64,000 bases of DNA from Deferribacterales bacterium. GTDB lineage: Bacteria > Chrysiogenota > Deferribacteres > Deferribacterales > Geovibrionaceae. The notes beneath the pieces are model-generated. The model had not been told where the DNA came from and did not search any database. It saw only the letters and a list, made by a program, of their open reading frames with translations. The translations under genes were made by a program, and so were the position numbers. Shown here piece by piece: positions 10,739-21,559 of this stretch. The stretch spans positions 203,821 to 267,820 of the forward strand of contig JBFWLW010000004.1 of the NCBI GenBank assembly GCA_050251945.1, read 5' to 3'. Positions within the stretch are counted from its first letter, which is position 1; each line of letters starts with the position of its first letter.

Positions 10739-12654
10739 TAAACATGGCTAAAAAATACCGCTTATCTCTTAAACACAAGATGGCGATAGCAACCGTTTTG
10801 ATCATTGCGTTCACCATCTTAGGCACCATCATCTTTGAGAATATTAAACTCAGGATGATTGAGAAATCCCTCAACAGATACATGAACTACCTCAAGGACA
10901 TGATATATATGTCCACCTTTGATGCTCTTAAAAAGGGAAACATGATGACGTTCAACAATCTTATTGAGGAGATTGGAAAATATGAGGACGTCACCGAGTT
11001 TTCACTGATAAAGCCTGACGGAACAATCACCTATTCGTCACAGGGTAACCGGGTCAACACAAAAGTGGATACCGCTATCCTTACCGACAGAGAGGACATG
11101 CACCCTGAAGGCGACAACAACGTCTATCTGTTTCCTGTAAAAACCATCGGTTACTGCATGCGCTGTCATACGGAATGGGAAGAAGGCGGAATTAATTCGT
11201 ATTATTACGTTAAACTCAGCAGGAAATCACTGAACAACGTTCAGAACATGTCTATGGTATCGGACATATTCGTGATAATAAGCGGCTGTCTGATGATATT
11301 CATCATATATTTCCTCGTGTCGAAACTTGTCATACGCAACGTCGGCAAACTTCAGGACACTATTGTACAGGCGGCGGAAAACCTTGACCTCAGCCTTGAA
11401 TCGGATATCAGAACCAACGACGAGATGGGCGAGATATCCGACAGGTATAACAAGTTCATGCGCGTTATAGGAAACGATATACTGCATACGTTCAGATCTA
11501 TTTCAAATATGATGGAACAGGCGCTTCCGCTGACGCTGACCACCATGCAGATAAAAGAGATGAACACCGAAACCATGCGTCTTGCCGGAGAGGTTGCGAC
11601 CGCCAGCGAGGAAATAAGCGCTACCGTGCGGGATTCTGCGGAGAACATAAGCGATTCGTCGGTTAAGGCGGAACGAACCCTTGAAATGTCCAAGAAAGGA
11701 CTTGAGGTTATGCTGGAGACCACGGCGATATCAACCGAGGTTGGAAATATAGTCAGTCTGCTCGCAGGGGAAATGAACGAGCTTCTCGGTTCCTCCAAAG
11801 AGGTGGGGGATATCGTTATGGTTATTACCGATATTACGGAGCAGACAAATCTTCTGGCGCTTAACGCCGCCATAGAAGCTGCAAGAGCCGGCGAAGCGGG
11901 ACGCGGATTCTCTGTTGTTGCGGACGAGGTTCGCAAACTGGCAGAGAAAACGAACGAGTCGGCTTCCAACATATCAAGCGTTGTTAAGGCTATGCAGACG
12001 AAGGTTCAGAGCGCAGTCAACAACGCCGATGACGTAATGAAAAAGGTCAGCGTTCAGCTTGAAAGGGTTAACGATGCCAACGATAAATTCATGACAATAC
12101 AGTCTTCCGTGGAAGACCTCAGCGCCAATATGACACACATATCATCTTCCGTTCAGCAGCAGTCTGCGGCAATGACCCAGATAGCGGCGAATATCGACGA
12201 GGTTGCCCGCATGAGCGACGCCAACTCAGGCAGCATAGACGCTATGGTGGGCGGTGTTGAAACGGTTGTGGGGCTTCTTGACGAATCGGAGAAAGAACTT
12301 AAAAAATTCACTCTCCAGTCTGTCGTTCTGCCGGTGATACATGCGAAGGTAAGTCATGTGCTTATGACCAAGAACATATATCACGGAGCGATGTATAAAA
12401 AACCTGTGAGCCTTGATAGTTATGATAACTGTGCTTTCACGGAGTTTTATAAAGGACGCGGTCGTGAGACGTTCGGAAGCGATCCTGAATACAGAGAGAT
12501 AGAGACGGTTCACAGATCCCTGCATGACACTGCGGAAAAGATCCGCGGCAGGATATCCAGAGGGGAGTCTGTATCGGATGATCTGGAGACCCTGCAAAGG
12601 CTTACGGAAAAGCTGGTTTCTCTTATGAACGGATTGATTGATAGATATATGTAA
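10735..12654 (+). CDS. Methyl-accepting chemotaxis protein: TM - periplasmic CxxCH heme-c sensor - TM - HAMP - MCP signal - CZB
   Basis: ATGA overlap with the small-subunit stop; CMRCH at 11155-11169 between two TM helices; [32 protein letters not shown] hairpin; C-terminal H...C...HxxxH CZB ligand pattern. Confidence 0.9.
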   Translation: MINMAKKYRLSLKHKMAIATVLIIAFTILGTIIFENIKLRMIEKSLNRYMNYLKDMIYMSTFDALKKGNMMTFNNLIEEIGKYEDVTEFSLIKPDGTITYSSQGNRVNTKVDTAILTDREDMHPEGDNNVYLFPVKTIGYCMRCHTEWEEGGINSYYYVKLSRKSLNNVQNMSMVSDIFVIISGCLMIFIIYFLVSKLVIRNVGKLQDTIVQAAENLDLSLESDIRTNDEMGEISDRYNKFMRVIGNDILHTFRSISNMMEQALPLTLTTMQIKEMNTETMRLAGEVATASEEISATVRDSAENISDSSVKAERTLEMSKKGLEVMLETTAISTEVGNIVSLLAGEMNELLGSSKEVGDIVMVITDITEQTNLLALNAAIEAARAGEAGRGFSVVADEVRKLAEKTNESASNISSVVKAMQTKVQSAVNNADDVMKKVSVQLERVNDANDKFMTIQSSVEDLSANMTHISSSVQQQSAAMTQIAANIDEVARMSDANSGSIDAMVGGVETVVGLLDESEKELKKFTLQSVVLPVIHAKVSHVLMTKNIYHGAMYKKPVSLDSYDNCAFTEFYKGRGRETFGSDPEYREIETVHRSLHDTAEKIRGRISRGESVSDDLETLQRLTEKLVSLMNGLIDRYM

Positions 12655-12663
12655 AGAACTCTA

Positions 12664-12701
12664 AGGGCAGTCGGCAGGAAACACCGATTGCCTTTTTTTT
12701 T
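12664..12701 (+). terminator. Intrinsic terminator closing the hydrogenase-MCP operon
   Basis: AGGGCAGTCGG/CCGATTGCCTT hairpin followed by a T-run. Confidence 0.75.
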
Positions 12702-12704
12702 CAG

Positions 12705-14099
12705 CTAATTATTAGGTTTGTCAATGTTTTTCAGGAGCTTGTGGAGGGTTTGGCGGGTGATGCCCAGAATCCTTGCGGCATCGGTTATATTCCCCTTGCT
12801 GTGGTTTAAGGCGGAGGAGACCAGAATAGATTCCATCTTTTTTATAGTGGGGAAGTCTCCCGCGTAATAAAACGGTTCAAAGAGGTGTTCTTTTGCCCCT
12901 GTACGCGGATTTATATCGTGTCTGCGCATGAAGGATATCATGTCGCGGCTGCCGAGTTTTCTGCCGCGCGTAATCATCGCGAGGTCATTCATTATAGCCT
13001 GTAACTGGCGCACGTTTCCCGGAAAGCTGTAGTTTCTCAGAATATCGCCGATCCCCTGCGGCAGTGCCGCCGCCATCTGACATCCCGATTCCAGAAGCGC
13101 CTTGTTGTAAAAATTCAGCGCCAGAAGCTCTATGTCGTCCTTTCTGTCGCGCAGAGGCGGTATTGTTATGCAGTGGGTTGATATCCGGAAAAGCAGGTCT
13201 TTTCTGAATTTTCCGGCTTTAACGTTGTTTTTAAGGTTAACACTAGTTGCGGCTATGATACGCACGTTGGCTTTGACGTTGCGGTCGGTTCCCAGCGGCA
13301 TGTAGACCTTTTCCTGAAGGAGACGCAGAAGTTTTATTTGCGCAGATTCGTTAAGGTCGCCGATTTCGTCCAGAAAAAGAGTTCCGTTCTCAGCCTCAGC
13401 CACAAGCCCTCTGCGGGTCTTGTCCGCCCCCGTGAAGGCTCCTTTTGCATGACCGAAGAGAGTGTCGGTGAACATGTTGTCGTCCAGACCGGAGATGTTT
13501 ACGGCGACGTAGGGACCTTTCTGCCCGCTTGCCTTATGAACCGCCTCCGCAAAAAGTTCCTTGCCTGTTCCGGTTTCTCCCGTGATAAGAACGGGGAAGG
13601 TACTTTCAGAGACGAAGTTCAGATACCTGAATATTTCAAGCATCTTGCTGTTGCATGTTATTATATTGTCGAAAAAGGAATTGCGTTCGATGTCGCCTAC
13701 GTTTTGTACCGTGGGTTCTGAGCTGTATCTTTTGTAAACCTCAAGCGCTCTGAGTATCACTTCGGCAAAGCTGTCCTTCTCCACAGGTTTGACAACGAAG
13801 CTTACCGCGCCCTTTTGAAGGCATCGCACTGCTGATTCGGTCTCGTTCTTTTCTATCATCATCACAACAGATGTTTGCTGAAACCGATGCGCAATGATGC
13901 CAAGCATTTCTTCACCATTCTGATGCGGCATATTCATATCGAGAAGAATAATGGCAGGATCAATCTTATCAGAGCTTTTAAGAAATTCTCTCGGATCATT
14001 GTAAGTTAGTATGTCTGTCACCCCTAACTGTCTGAGGTAACGGACATACATGTCGGTCAGTTCTTTTTCATCGTCAATTATAACAACTTGTGAGATCAT
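12705..14099 (-). CDS. sigma54-dependent response regulator (REC-AAA+-HTH, NtrC family)
   Basis: IDD...LLDMNMP...VKP receiver, GETGTGKE Walker A, GAFTGA, LFLDEIGD Walker B, Fis-type HTH. Confidence 0.92.
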   Translation of the reverse strand: MISQVVIIDDEKELTDMYVRYLRQLGVTDILTYNDPREFLKSSDKIDPAIILLDMNMPHQNGEEMLGIIAHRFQQTSVVMMIEKNETESAVRCLQKGAVSFVVKPVEKDSFAEVILRALEVYKRYSSEPTVQNVGDIERNSFFDNIITCNSKMLEIFRYLNFVSESTFPVLITGETGTGKELFAEAVHKASGQKGPYVAVNISGLDDNMFTDTLFGHAKGAFTGADKTRRGLVAEAENGTLFLDEIGDLNESAQIKLLRLLQEKVYMPLGTDRNVKANVRIIAATSVNLKNNVKAGKFRKDLLFRISTHCITIPPLRDRKDDIELLALNFYNKALLESGCQMAAALPQGIGDILRNYSFPGNVRQLQAIMNDLAMITRGRKLGSRDMISFMRRHDINPRTGAKEHLFEPFYYAGDFPTIKKMESILVSSALNHSKGNITDAARILGITRQTLHKLLKNIDKPNN

Positions 14100-14786
14100 G
14101 TAAAGTCACGACAGAGGAAAATATTCTGCTCCTCATACCCCTATTTATATTGCATCTATCTGATACAGTTTTATTAAATCAAAACCGCATATGCTGGTCA
14201 CTTAATAATCCTAATAAGGTGAACTTGCTCTTAAATTGACTTGTATGCATATTAGCAGAAGCCAGAAAAAAAAGCAGTTTTATCAGGGTTGCAATTGTTC
14301 TTACTACCAAACATTATGCCAATATTGCCAGAAGACCATCATTCAGTAGTTTAATTAGTTATATAATCGTCTGTAATGAGGCGTTAACAAAGTTTTTAGA
14401 TTGTTCAGTTAATTCAAAAAATGCATAAACCGGTCACACACCGTGCTGAACAAGGCGGGATTTTTTGTCTGAATGAGATTTTCATTACAAACAGCATTGC
14501 ATAATTGAATAGTGGTTCTTTGTCTGATACTGATTTTTTTTCTGCATTTTTCTGTGAGATATTTGATATTGTTTCTGAAATTCTGAAATAGCTTATAAAT
14601 AAAATAATCGCTGTCTGCGCACCCGGAGGTGCGTAAATAGTGCCTTTTTGTGTCATTTTCTGCATTCTCCGCGGGGATTCCGGTTCCATGAAAATATTGA
14701 TACTGATTTCACTGTATATCCATAATTATTAGTTGAAATTTATATTATACGCAACGGATTATTTGATGGATTCTGTTTTGTGTAAC

Positions 14787-14862
14787 TGTAAATTATTTTT
14801 ACACACTATGATTTTACCTGTGTTGTCTGATGATTAGATAAGTACTGTATCATATTTTTACA
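14787..14862. promoter_or_regulatory. Two candidate enhancer sites TGTA-N9-TACA
   Basis: TGTAAATTATTTTTACA (14787-14803) and TGTATCATATTTTTACA (14846-14862), both followed by CAC, upstream of the sigma54 promoter. Confidence 0.45.
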
Positions 14863-14914
14863 CACATGGACATTTTGAAAACACGGAACACCCTCTAAAC
14901 AATGTCCAATGGTT

Positions 14915-14930
14915 TGGCACTGTTATTGCA
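14915..14930 (+). promoter_or_regulatory. sigma54 -24/-12 promoter of the chemosensory operon
   Basis: TGGCAC-TGTTA-TTGCA, a perfect match to the consensus. Confidence 0.88.
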
Positions 14931-15121
14931 TGGAAATATGGATACTAAATGGAGGGTTTTATTAATAGGCTGTGAACCGGATATTCAAACAGGGTGAATA
15001 AGCAGTTGTAGGCTTTTTTGATATTAATTATTCTATTGTACTTATTTTATAAGGCTGATTAAAAAACCTGTCCGGCATCAAGAGTTTATTTATGAGACCA
15101 CGCGATAATGGAGTCTTATTG

Positions 15122-16336
15122 ATGAGTCTGTTTGACAGAAAAAAACTTGCGCTGCTGGTCATTCTTATAATCATTCAGGCAGCGGTAATTTGCCTTGATA
15201 CCCTGCATATCCGTCTTTTGGCGAGTATCCCTGTGCTTATTCTTACTGCGTTCATGCTGCACGCTGTTGCGAAGGATGCGCTTGAAAACGTGAAGACCGA
15301 CCGCGAAAACAATCTTGTGGGTCAGCTGGAAGTTATAAACAAAGGTCTGGTGCCTGTAAGTTCAATAGTGGCTGATTATTCGTCCATAATAACTGTTTTT
15401 CAGGAACAGATGAAAAAGGTCATTGCCGACAGCGAGGAAGCTAACAATATCATTTCCGGAAATTTCGGCAGGATAGCGGAAAAAGCAACCGAGCAGTCAG
15501 ACGAAGCCGGACGCGCACTTGACAGCTTTACTTCTGAGAAAACCGGGAAGCGGGGCGGTAATTTTGTAGATATCAGCCGTAAAGCTCTGATTTCTGTCAT
15601 AAGTGAACTGGAACAAACGGGAGAATACGCAATAGAAACCAACATCCAGCTTTCGGGTGTTATTGATGAGATACAGGGAATAAAAGAGATAGTTTCCAAT
15701 GTCGAATATATAGCCGATCAGACAAACCTCCTTGCGCTGAACGCCGCTATCGAGGCGGCGCGTGCAGGCGAACACGGCAGAGGCTTTGCCGTTGTTGCCG
15801 ACGAGATACGCAAGCTCTCTGAAAAATCAAATAAATTTGCATATGAAATACGCGTGGCAGTGGACGATATCGCCGGAAAGATAAACCACATACACGATAA
15901 ATCCGTTGAGGATGCGGACAGTATTAAGGTCACATCCGCCAAATCCCATGAAGATGTGGATAACGCACTGAACATTCTGGACAGAGCCATTGAAAATGCC
16001 AATTCCATAATGGCAGGGCTGAAACAAAGCTCTATCAAGCTTGCAGGGGATATCAACGACATGGTGGTCTCCATGCAGTATCAGGACATCAACAGACAGC
16101 GTCTTGAACACGTCATCGACCCCATGGATATCATGAAGAATGATCTCGGAAGGATATCGGTGGGACTGCGCGATGTTTCAAACATGGATTTCAGTTCGGA
16201 GCTTAAGAGTCTGAGTGATCATGTGAAAATGCTCTATACCATGGAATCGGAAAGAAAGGTTATGAAAGACAGGTCGGCAGGACAGGCAGGGGTTATATCC
16301 GCCTCGTCAAGAGACGACAATGTCGAACTATTTTAA
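15122..16336 (+). CDS. Methyl-accepting chemotaxis protein (short N-terminal TM hairpin, C-terminal pentapeptide NVELF)
   Basis: [30 protein letters not shown] signal hairpin; MQYQD motif; ends DDNVELF. Confidence 0.9.
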   Translation: MSLFDRKKLALLVILIIIQAAVICLDTLHIRLLASIPVLILTAFMLHAVAKDALENVKTDRENNLVGQLEVINKGLVPVSSIVADYSSIITVFQEQMKKVIADSEEANNIISGNFGRIAEKATEQSDEAGRALDSFTSEKTGKRGGNFVDISRKALISVISELEQTGEYAIETNIQLSGVIDEIQGIKEIVSNVEYIADQTNLLALNAAIEAARAGEHGRGFAVVADEIRKLSEKSNKFAYEIRVAVDDIAGKINHIHDKSVEDADSIKVTSAKSHEDVDNALNILDRAIENANSIMAGLKQSSIKLAGDINDMVVSMQYQDINRQRLEHVIDPMDIMKNDLGRISVGLRDVSNMDFSSELKSLSDHVKMLYTMESERKVMKDRSAGQAGVISASSRDDNVELF

Positions 16337-16353
16337 GTCTGCGGGGGATCAAA

Positions 16354-16701
16354 GTGAATATAGAAACAACAGTTAACGACGGCAAAACAGTTATTGATAT
16401 CTCAGGAAACCTGACAGTCAGCTATGTAGTTGAACTGCATTCACATTTACGGGAGGCGCTTCAGGAATCCGATGCTGTGGAGATAAGGATAGGGAAGGTG
16501 GATAATGCCGACCTTACGCTTCTGCAGCTGCTCTGTTCCGCGCACAGGGCTGCGCTTTCCAAAGACAAACGCTTTGATGTCACAGGCAATAAGAACGAGC
16601 TTCTAAGCATGGACTGTTTCGCCGGATTCACCAGAGAAAAAGGCTGTGTGATTGATAAATACAACAACTGCGCACTGGTCAAGGAGAGATCAAATGTCTA
16701 A
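16354..16701 (+). CDS. STAS-domain protein of the chemosensory operon
   Basis: 115 aa; ISGNLTV...VDNADLTLLQLLCSAHR STAS pattern; directly upstream of cheY. Confidence 0.82.
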   Translation: MNIETTVNDGKTVIDISGNLTVSYVVELHSHLREALQESDAVEIRIGKVDNADLTLLQLLCSAHRAALSKDKRFDVTGNKNELLSMDCFAGFTREKGCVIDKYNNCALVKERSNV

Positions 16702-17059
16702 AACAATTCTGTCTGTTGATGATTCCGCCAGCATCCGCCAGATGGTGAAATTCACCCTTGTTAAAGAGGGCTACAACGTCTTGGAGGCGTGCGACGGAAA
16801 GGACGCTCTGGCAAAGACCGCAGGCGTAAAATGCGACATGGTGATAACCGACCTTAACATGCCGAACATGGACGGCATTACACTCATAAAAGAGCTTCGG
16901 CAGAAGCCGGAGTTTCGTTTCGTTCCCATCATAATGCTTACAACCGAATCACAGGATTCAAAAAAACAGGAGGGCAAATCCGCCGGCGCAACCGGATGGA
17001 TAGTTAAGCCGTTCAAACCCGAACAGCTTGTTTCAGTAGCAAAAAAGGTTCTGGGGTAA
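16694..17059 (+). CDS. cheY: Chemotaxis response regulator CheY
   Basis: Single receiver domain: VDDS, ITDLNMPNMDG, MLTTES, WIVKPF. Confidence 0.92.
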   Translation: MSKTILSVDDSASIRQMVKFTLVKEGYNVLEACDGKDALAKTAGVKCDMVITDLNMPNMDGITLIKELRQKPEFRFVPIIMLTTESQDSKKQEGKSAGATGWIVKPFKPEQLVSVAKKVLG

Positions 17060-17062
17060 GAT

Positions 17063-19126
17063 ATGTCATTGGATTCCAACCAGCAGGTATTCATAAATGA
17101 GGCTACGGAGCTTTTGCAGGAGCTTGAGGAGTCCCTTCTGGAGCTTGAAAATACTCCGGACAGCTCAGACCTGATAGCCCGTGTGTTCCGTGCCATGCAC
17201 ACTATAAAAGGTTCCGGCGCAATGTTTGGCTTTGACAATATTGCGTCGCTGGTTCACAGCATCGAAACGGCATACGATATGGTGCGCAATAACACCATGT
17301 GCGTGACAAAGCCGATGCTGGATTATTCGCTGAAAGCGTGCGACATAATCCGCGAGATGCTCGCAGACCCTGATATAAAAGCTGATTCTCCGCTGGCGGT
17401 GGAAATAACAGGTTATTTCAGCCGCGCGGCAAACATACAGGATCAGAAACAGCCTGATGTGCAGCCGGAGAGGGATTGCACCGCCCGGGGGGAGCTGCAC
17501 ACCTTCAGGATAACTTTTAAACCTTCCCTGAACGTCTTCATGAACGGCACCAATCCCGCTCTGCTTCTTAAAGAACTGCGCGAGATGGGTTCCGCAACCA
17601 TTGTCACCCACGTTTCCGATATCCCCGGTTTAGACGAGATTGAACCGGAGAAATGCTATTTATCGTGGGACATAATACTGACAACCGACAAAACAGAGAA
17701 TGACATACTGGACGTTTTTATATTTGTGGAAGACGACGCGGTGATAAACATAAGTGCCGTGGACGAGGCGTTTGACGACCGCGAAAAGAAGCTCGGCGAG
17801 ATTCTTCTGGAGCGCGGATGTCTCACGGAAAGCCAGCTTGGCGATGTTCTGAACGAAAAGAAGCGTCTGGGCGAGATAATGGTCGAAAAAGGGCTTGTCT
17901 CCGCAGAGGCTGTTGACACTGCTCTTATGGAACAGGCACATGTGAAGAACATGCAGGAGAAAAAGGCACACGCTTCGGAGACGGCATCTTCAATCAGGGT
18001 GCCTTCGGAAAGGCTTGATTCTCTGGTGGATCTCGTTGGCGAGCTTGTAACGGTGCAGGCGAGATTAAGTCAGGTTGCGGCGCATAAAAACGATGCGGAT
18101 ATGCTTAAGGTGGCTGAGGAGGTTGAACGCCTCGTCTGGGAACTCAGAGACAACACCATGAGCATCAGGATGCTTGAGATAGGTTCAACTTTCAACAGAT
18201 TTAAGAGACTGGTTCGCGATCTGTCGATTGAACTGGGCAAAGAGATCGAGCTTGTCACTTTCGGCGGCGAGACTGAAATCGACAAGACCGTTATAGAAAA
18301 GCTGGGCGACCCGCTGGTGCATCTTATAAGAAACAGCATTGACCACGGAATCGAAAAGCCGGAGGAGAGGATTGCGGCAGGCAAACCCGCCAAAGGGCAT
18401 ATCACCCTTCAGGCAAGCCATTCCGGCGACAGCGTGCTTATCGAAATAACGGACGACGGCAGAGGAATAAACAGGAAAGCCGTACTTGAAAAAGCAAAGT
18501 CAAAAGGGCTTGTTGCTGAAAATGCGGAGCTTTCCGACAGAGAAATATATGAACTGTTATTCGCTTCGGGTTTTTCAACGGCGGCGAGCGTTTCCAGTGT
18601 TTCCGGAAGGGGCGTGGGGATGGACGTTGTGCGGAGGAACATCGAGGCTTTGCGGGGCGCGATTGAGATAAACAGCTCGGAGGGAGCGGGAACGACAATC
18701 GTTCTTAAACTCCCGCTGACGCTGGCGATCATCGACGGCCTTCTTGTGACCATCGGCGGACAGTTCTTCATACTTCCGCTGTCCATTGTCAACGAGTGCA
18801 TCGAATTCAACCGCTCCGAGAACAAAAGCGGTTCGGGGCGCAAGATTATCATGGTGCGCAACGAACTTGTTCCCTATGTCCCGCTTCGCAGTTTTTTCAA
18901 TATCAAAGGCGATGAACCGGAGATACAGCAGATCGTTATTATCAGCGTCGACGGCAGACGCGTGGGATTTGTTGTGGACAGTGTGGTGGGCGACCACCAG
19001 ACGGTTATCAAATCTCTGGGTAAAGCGTTCAAGGATATCGACTGCATATCCGGCGCATCGGTTCTCGGCGACGGCTCGGTGGCTCTGATCATAGATATTA
19101 TGAAAATCTACAATGATATAGGTTAA
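17063..19126 (+). CDS. cheA: Chemotaxis histidine kinase CheA with a tandem MshEN-like insert
   Basis: Hpt FRAMHTIKGS, LVHLIRNSIDHG, DDGRG, SGRGVGMDVV and a C-terminal CheW domain. Confidence 0.95.
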   Translation: MSLDSNQQVFINEATELLQELEESLLELENTPDSSDLIARVFRAMHTIKGSGAMFGFDNIASLVHSIETAYDMVRNNTMCVTKPMLDYSLKACDIIREMLADPDIKADSPLAVEITGYFSRAANIQDQKQPDVQPERDCTARGELHTFRITFKPSLNVFMNGTNPALLLKELREMGSATIVTHVSDIPGLDEIEPEKCYLSWDIILTTDKTENDILDVFIFVEDDAVINISAVDEAFDDREKKLGEILLERGCLTESQLGDVLNEKKRLGEIMVEKGLVSAEAVDTALMEQAHVKNMQEKKAHASETASSIRVPSERLDSLVDLVGELVTVQARLSQVAAHKNDADMLKVAEEVERLVWELRDNTMSIRMLEIGSTFNRFKRLVRDLSIELGKEIELVTFGGETEIDKTVIEKLGDPLVHLIRNSIDHGIEKPEERIAAGKPAKGHITLQASHSGDSVLIEITDDGRGINRKAVLEKAKSKGLVAENAELSDREIYELLFASGFSTAASVSSVSGRGVGMDVVRRNIEALRGAIEINSSEGAGTTIVLKLPLTLAIIDGLLVTIGGQFFILPLSIVNECIEFNRSENKSGSGRKIIMVRNELVPYVPLRSFFNIKGDEPEIQQIVIISVDGRRVGFVVDSVVGDHQTVIKSLGKAFKDIDCISGASVLGDGSVALIIDIMKIYNDIG

Positions 19127-19138
19127 AAGGAGGGTTTT

Positions 19139-21031
19139 ATGTTTAAAAATCTGAAGATCGGCGTAAAGCTGATGCTCGGGTTCGGTCTTGTCATTGCTCT
19201 TACGCTTATCGTGGGACTTGTGGCATACAACGGACTTAATGTTGTTCTTAACGGCGCAAAATATTCAGACGCTCTGGCAACAATGTCCGGCACTCTGAAA
19301 GACGCCAGGCAGCAGGAGAAAAACTACATAATCAGACACGACGAAGCTGCTGCGGAAAAGGTTTCATCCAGTATTGAAGATATCAGGAAACTGGCTGAGG
19401 AAACAAAAGCATTTTCCAATGAAAAACAGGATGCCGCTGTTGCATCCATAGTCAAAAGCACTGAAGACTATCTGGCAGCCTTCACGGAATATGTGAAAGT
19501 TCAGAAAGACCTTGAAAAAAGCTGGAACGTGATGGCGCAGGACGCCGTAAAGGTTCTGGACAAGCTGAAAGGTCAGAGCGTTGATGCGAAAGTGTCCATG
19601 GATATATGGGCGATACGTTCTCTGGTAAGGGATATCTATTACAACAACCAGCTTGAGAAGGCTTCGGAAGTCAACAGCATCTACGATGATATAGAGCGCA
19701 GATTGACGGAACTTGAAGACAAGTCGGTTCTTGAATCAATAAATTCTTACAGAAATGGGCTTGGCGACGTTATAAACGGCAAAAAGCTTCAGGTTACTCT
19801 CGACGAAAAAATGGTTAATGCCGCACGGGAAGCCGGCGATGCCACAAACAAGGAGAACACAGCCAGCACGGAAGCTATGCTTGCCGCGTTTAAATCCGTC
19901 ACTACTATGATAATTATTATAATCCTCGGTGCCGTGATAATCGGTATTATTGCCGCAATAGTCATAACGAAAGGCATCACAGGACCCGTTTCAAAAGGCG
20001 TCGGTTTTGCGATAGAACTTTCCGGCGGAAATCTGGATGCGAAACTGGATATCGACCAGAAAGATGAGGTCGGTCAGCTTGCCGAAGCACTTAAAAACAT
20101 GGTTGATAAGCTGAGAAGCATCATAACAGACGTGCGCGTATCGGCAGACAACGTTGCCATAGGAAGCCGCGAACTTTCAAGCGCCGCACAGGATATGTCT
20201 CAGGGCGCAACGGAACAGGCGGCAAGTGCGGAAGAAGCCTCTGCATCTATGGAAGAGATGGCATCAAACATCAACCAGAACGCCGACAATGCACTTCAGA
20301 CTGAAAAGATAGCACTTAAAGCGTCCGGCGACGCGAAAGAGGGCGGCGATGCTGTTCAGAAGACCGTAAAAGCTATGAAGGATATAGCCGACAAGATATC
20401 CATCATAGAAGAGATAGCCCGCCAGACAAACCTTCTGGCGCTCAACGCGGCTATCGAAGCGGCAAGAGCCGGCGAACACGGCAAAGGATTCGCCGTTGTG
20501 GCATCCGAGGTTCGCAAACTTGCAGAACGCAGTCAGGAAGCGGCGCGTGAGATAAGCGACCTTTCCTCATCCAGCGTGGACATAGCAGAGAAAGCAGGCG
20601 GACTGCTTATGCAGATACTTCCGGACATCCAGAAAACGTCCGAGCTTGTTCAGGAGATAACTGCATCCAGTGCCGAAATGCGCACAGGCGGCGAGCAGAT
20701 AAACACTGCCATCCAGCAGCTTGATCAGGTGATACAGAAAAATGCGGGCGCATCAGAAGAGATGGCGGCAACTGCGGAAGAACTTTCCAGCCAGTCAGAG
20801 GCGCTTCAGCAGGCTGTTTCGTTCTTTAAAATGAAATCAGACAGCGGTGCGAAAAGTGTTCAGGCTCCGAAAACAGCCAAAAAACCTTCGTCCGCACCCG
20901 TAAAGCATTTTGAAAAACCTGTTTTTCCGCACCACGGCAAGAAAAACGGAGGAAAAGAGGGAGAGGGTATAAACCTCGACATGACCGACGGTAAAAAAGA
21001 CCGCCTCGACACAGATTTTGAAAGCTTCTAA
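19139..21031 (+). CDS. Methyl-accepting chemotaxis protein with helical (HBM-like) periplasmic sensor and pentapeptide DFESF
   Basis: Two TM helices, ARQQEKNY motif, HAMP, signal hairpin; ends DTDFESF. Confidence 0.9.
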   Translation: MFKNLKIGVKLMLGFGLVIALTLIVGLVAYNGLNVVLNGAKYSDALATMSGTLKDARQQEKNYIIRHDEAAAEKVSSSIEDIRKLAEETKAFSNEKQDAAVASIVKSTEDYLAAFTEYVKVQKDLEKSWNVMAQDAVKVLDKLKGQSVDAKVSMDIWAIRSLVRDIYYNNQLEKASEVNSIYDDIERRLTELEDKSVLESINSYRNGLGDVINGKKLQVTLDEKMVNAAREAGDATNKENTASTEAMLAAFKSVTTMIIIIILGAVIIGIIAAIVITKGITGPVSKGVGFAIELSGGNLDAKLDIDQKDEVGQLAEALKNMVDKLRSIITDVRVSADNVAIGSRELSSAAQDMSQGATEQAASAEEASASMEEMASNINQNADNALQTEKIALKASGDAKEGGDAVQKTVKAMKDIADKISIIEEIARQTNLLALNAAIEAARAGEHGKGFAVVASEVRKLAERSQEAAREISDLSSSSVDIAEKAGGLLMQILPDIQKTSELVQEITASSAEMRTGGEQINTAIQQLDQVIQKNAGASEEMAATAEELSSQSEALQQAVSFFKMKSDSGAKSVQAPKTAKKPSSAPVKHFEKPVFPHHGKKNGGKEGEGINLDMTDGKKDRLDTDFESF

Positions 21032-21042
21032 GGCGGTGTGCA

Positions 21043-21552
21043 ATGGAAGATAGAATTAACGGAAATGACAATATAAGTCAGGTGCTTACGTTCCAACTGG
21101 CGGAAGAGGTATACGGAGTGGACATTATGTCTGTTCGCGAGGTGCTGGATTTTTCCAGTGTTACCAAAGTGCCTCACACCCCCGATTTTATGGTGGGGGT
21201 GATAAACCTGCGCGGGAACGTTGTTCCGGTTGTTGACCTTAAAAAGAAATTCCGTCTGGGCGACACGGAAAGAACAGTAAACACCTGTATCATCATCGTT
21301 GAGGTGGTGATAGACGATGAATCCACCGTACTCGGCGCACTTGCCGATTCCGTTCAGGAGGTCGTCGAGTTTGAACATGAAACCATTGAGGATGCGCCGC
21401 GTATAGGGACGCATCTCAACACAGCCTTCATCGCGGGAATGGCGAAGAAGGACAACGGTTTCGTAATAATTCTTGATGTGAACGCCGTTTTCTCCATGAC
21501 GGAGATAGGAACCTACAACGGCGTTGCGGCAGAGCTTGCCGCGGGACAATAG
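21043..21552 (+). CDS. cheW: CheW coupling protein
   Basis: YGVDIMSVREV and GVINLRGNVVPVVDL motifs. Confidence 0.95.
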   Translation: MEDRINGNDNISQVLTFQLAEEVYGVDIMSVREVLDFSSVTKVPHTPDFMVGVINLRGNVVPVVDLKKKFRLGDTERTVNTCIIIVEVVIDDESTVLGALADSVQEVVEFEHETIEDAPRIGTHLNTAFIAGMAKKDNGFVIILDVNAVFSMTEIGTYNGVAAELAAGQ

Positions 21553-21559
21553 AACGGCA

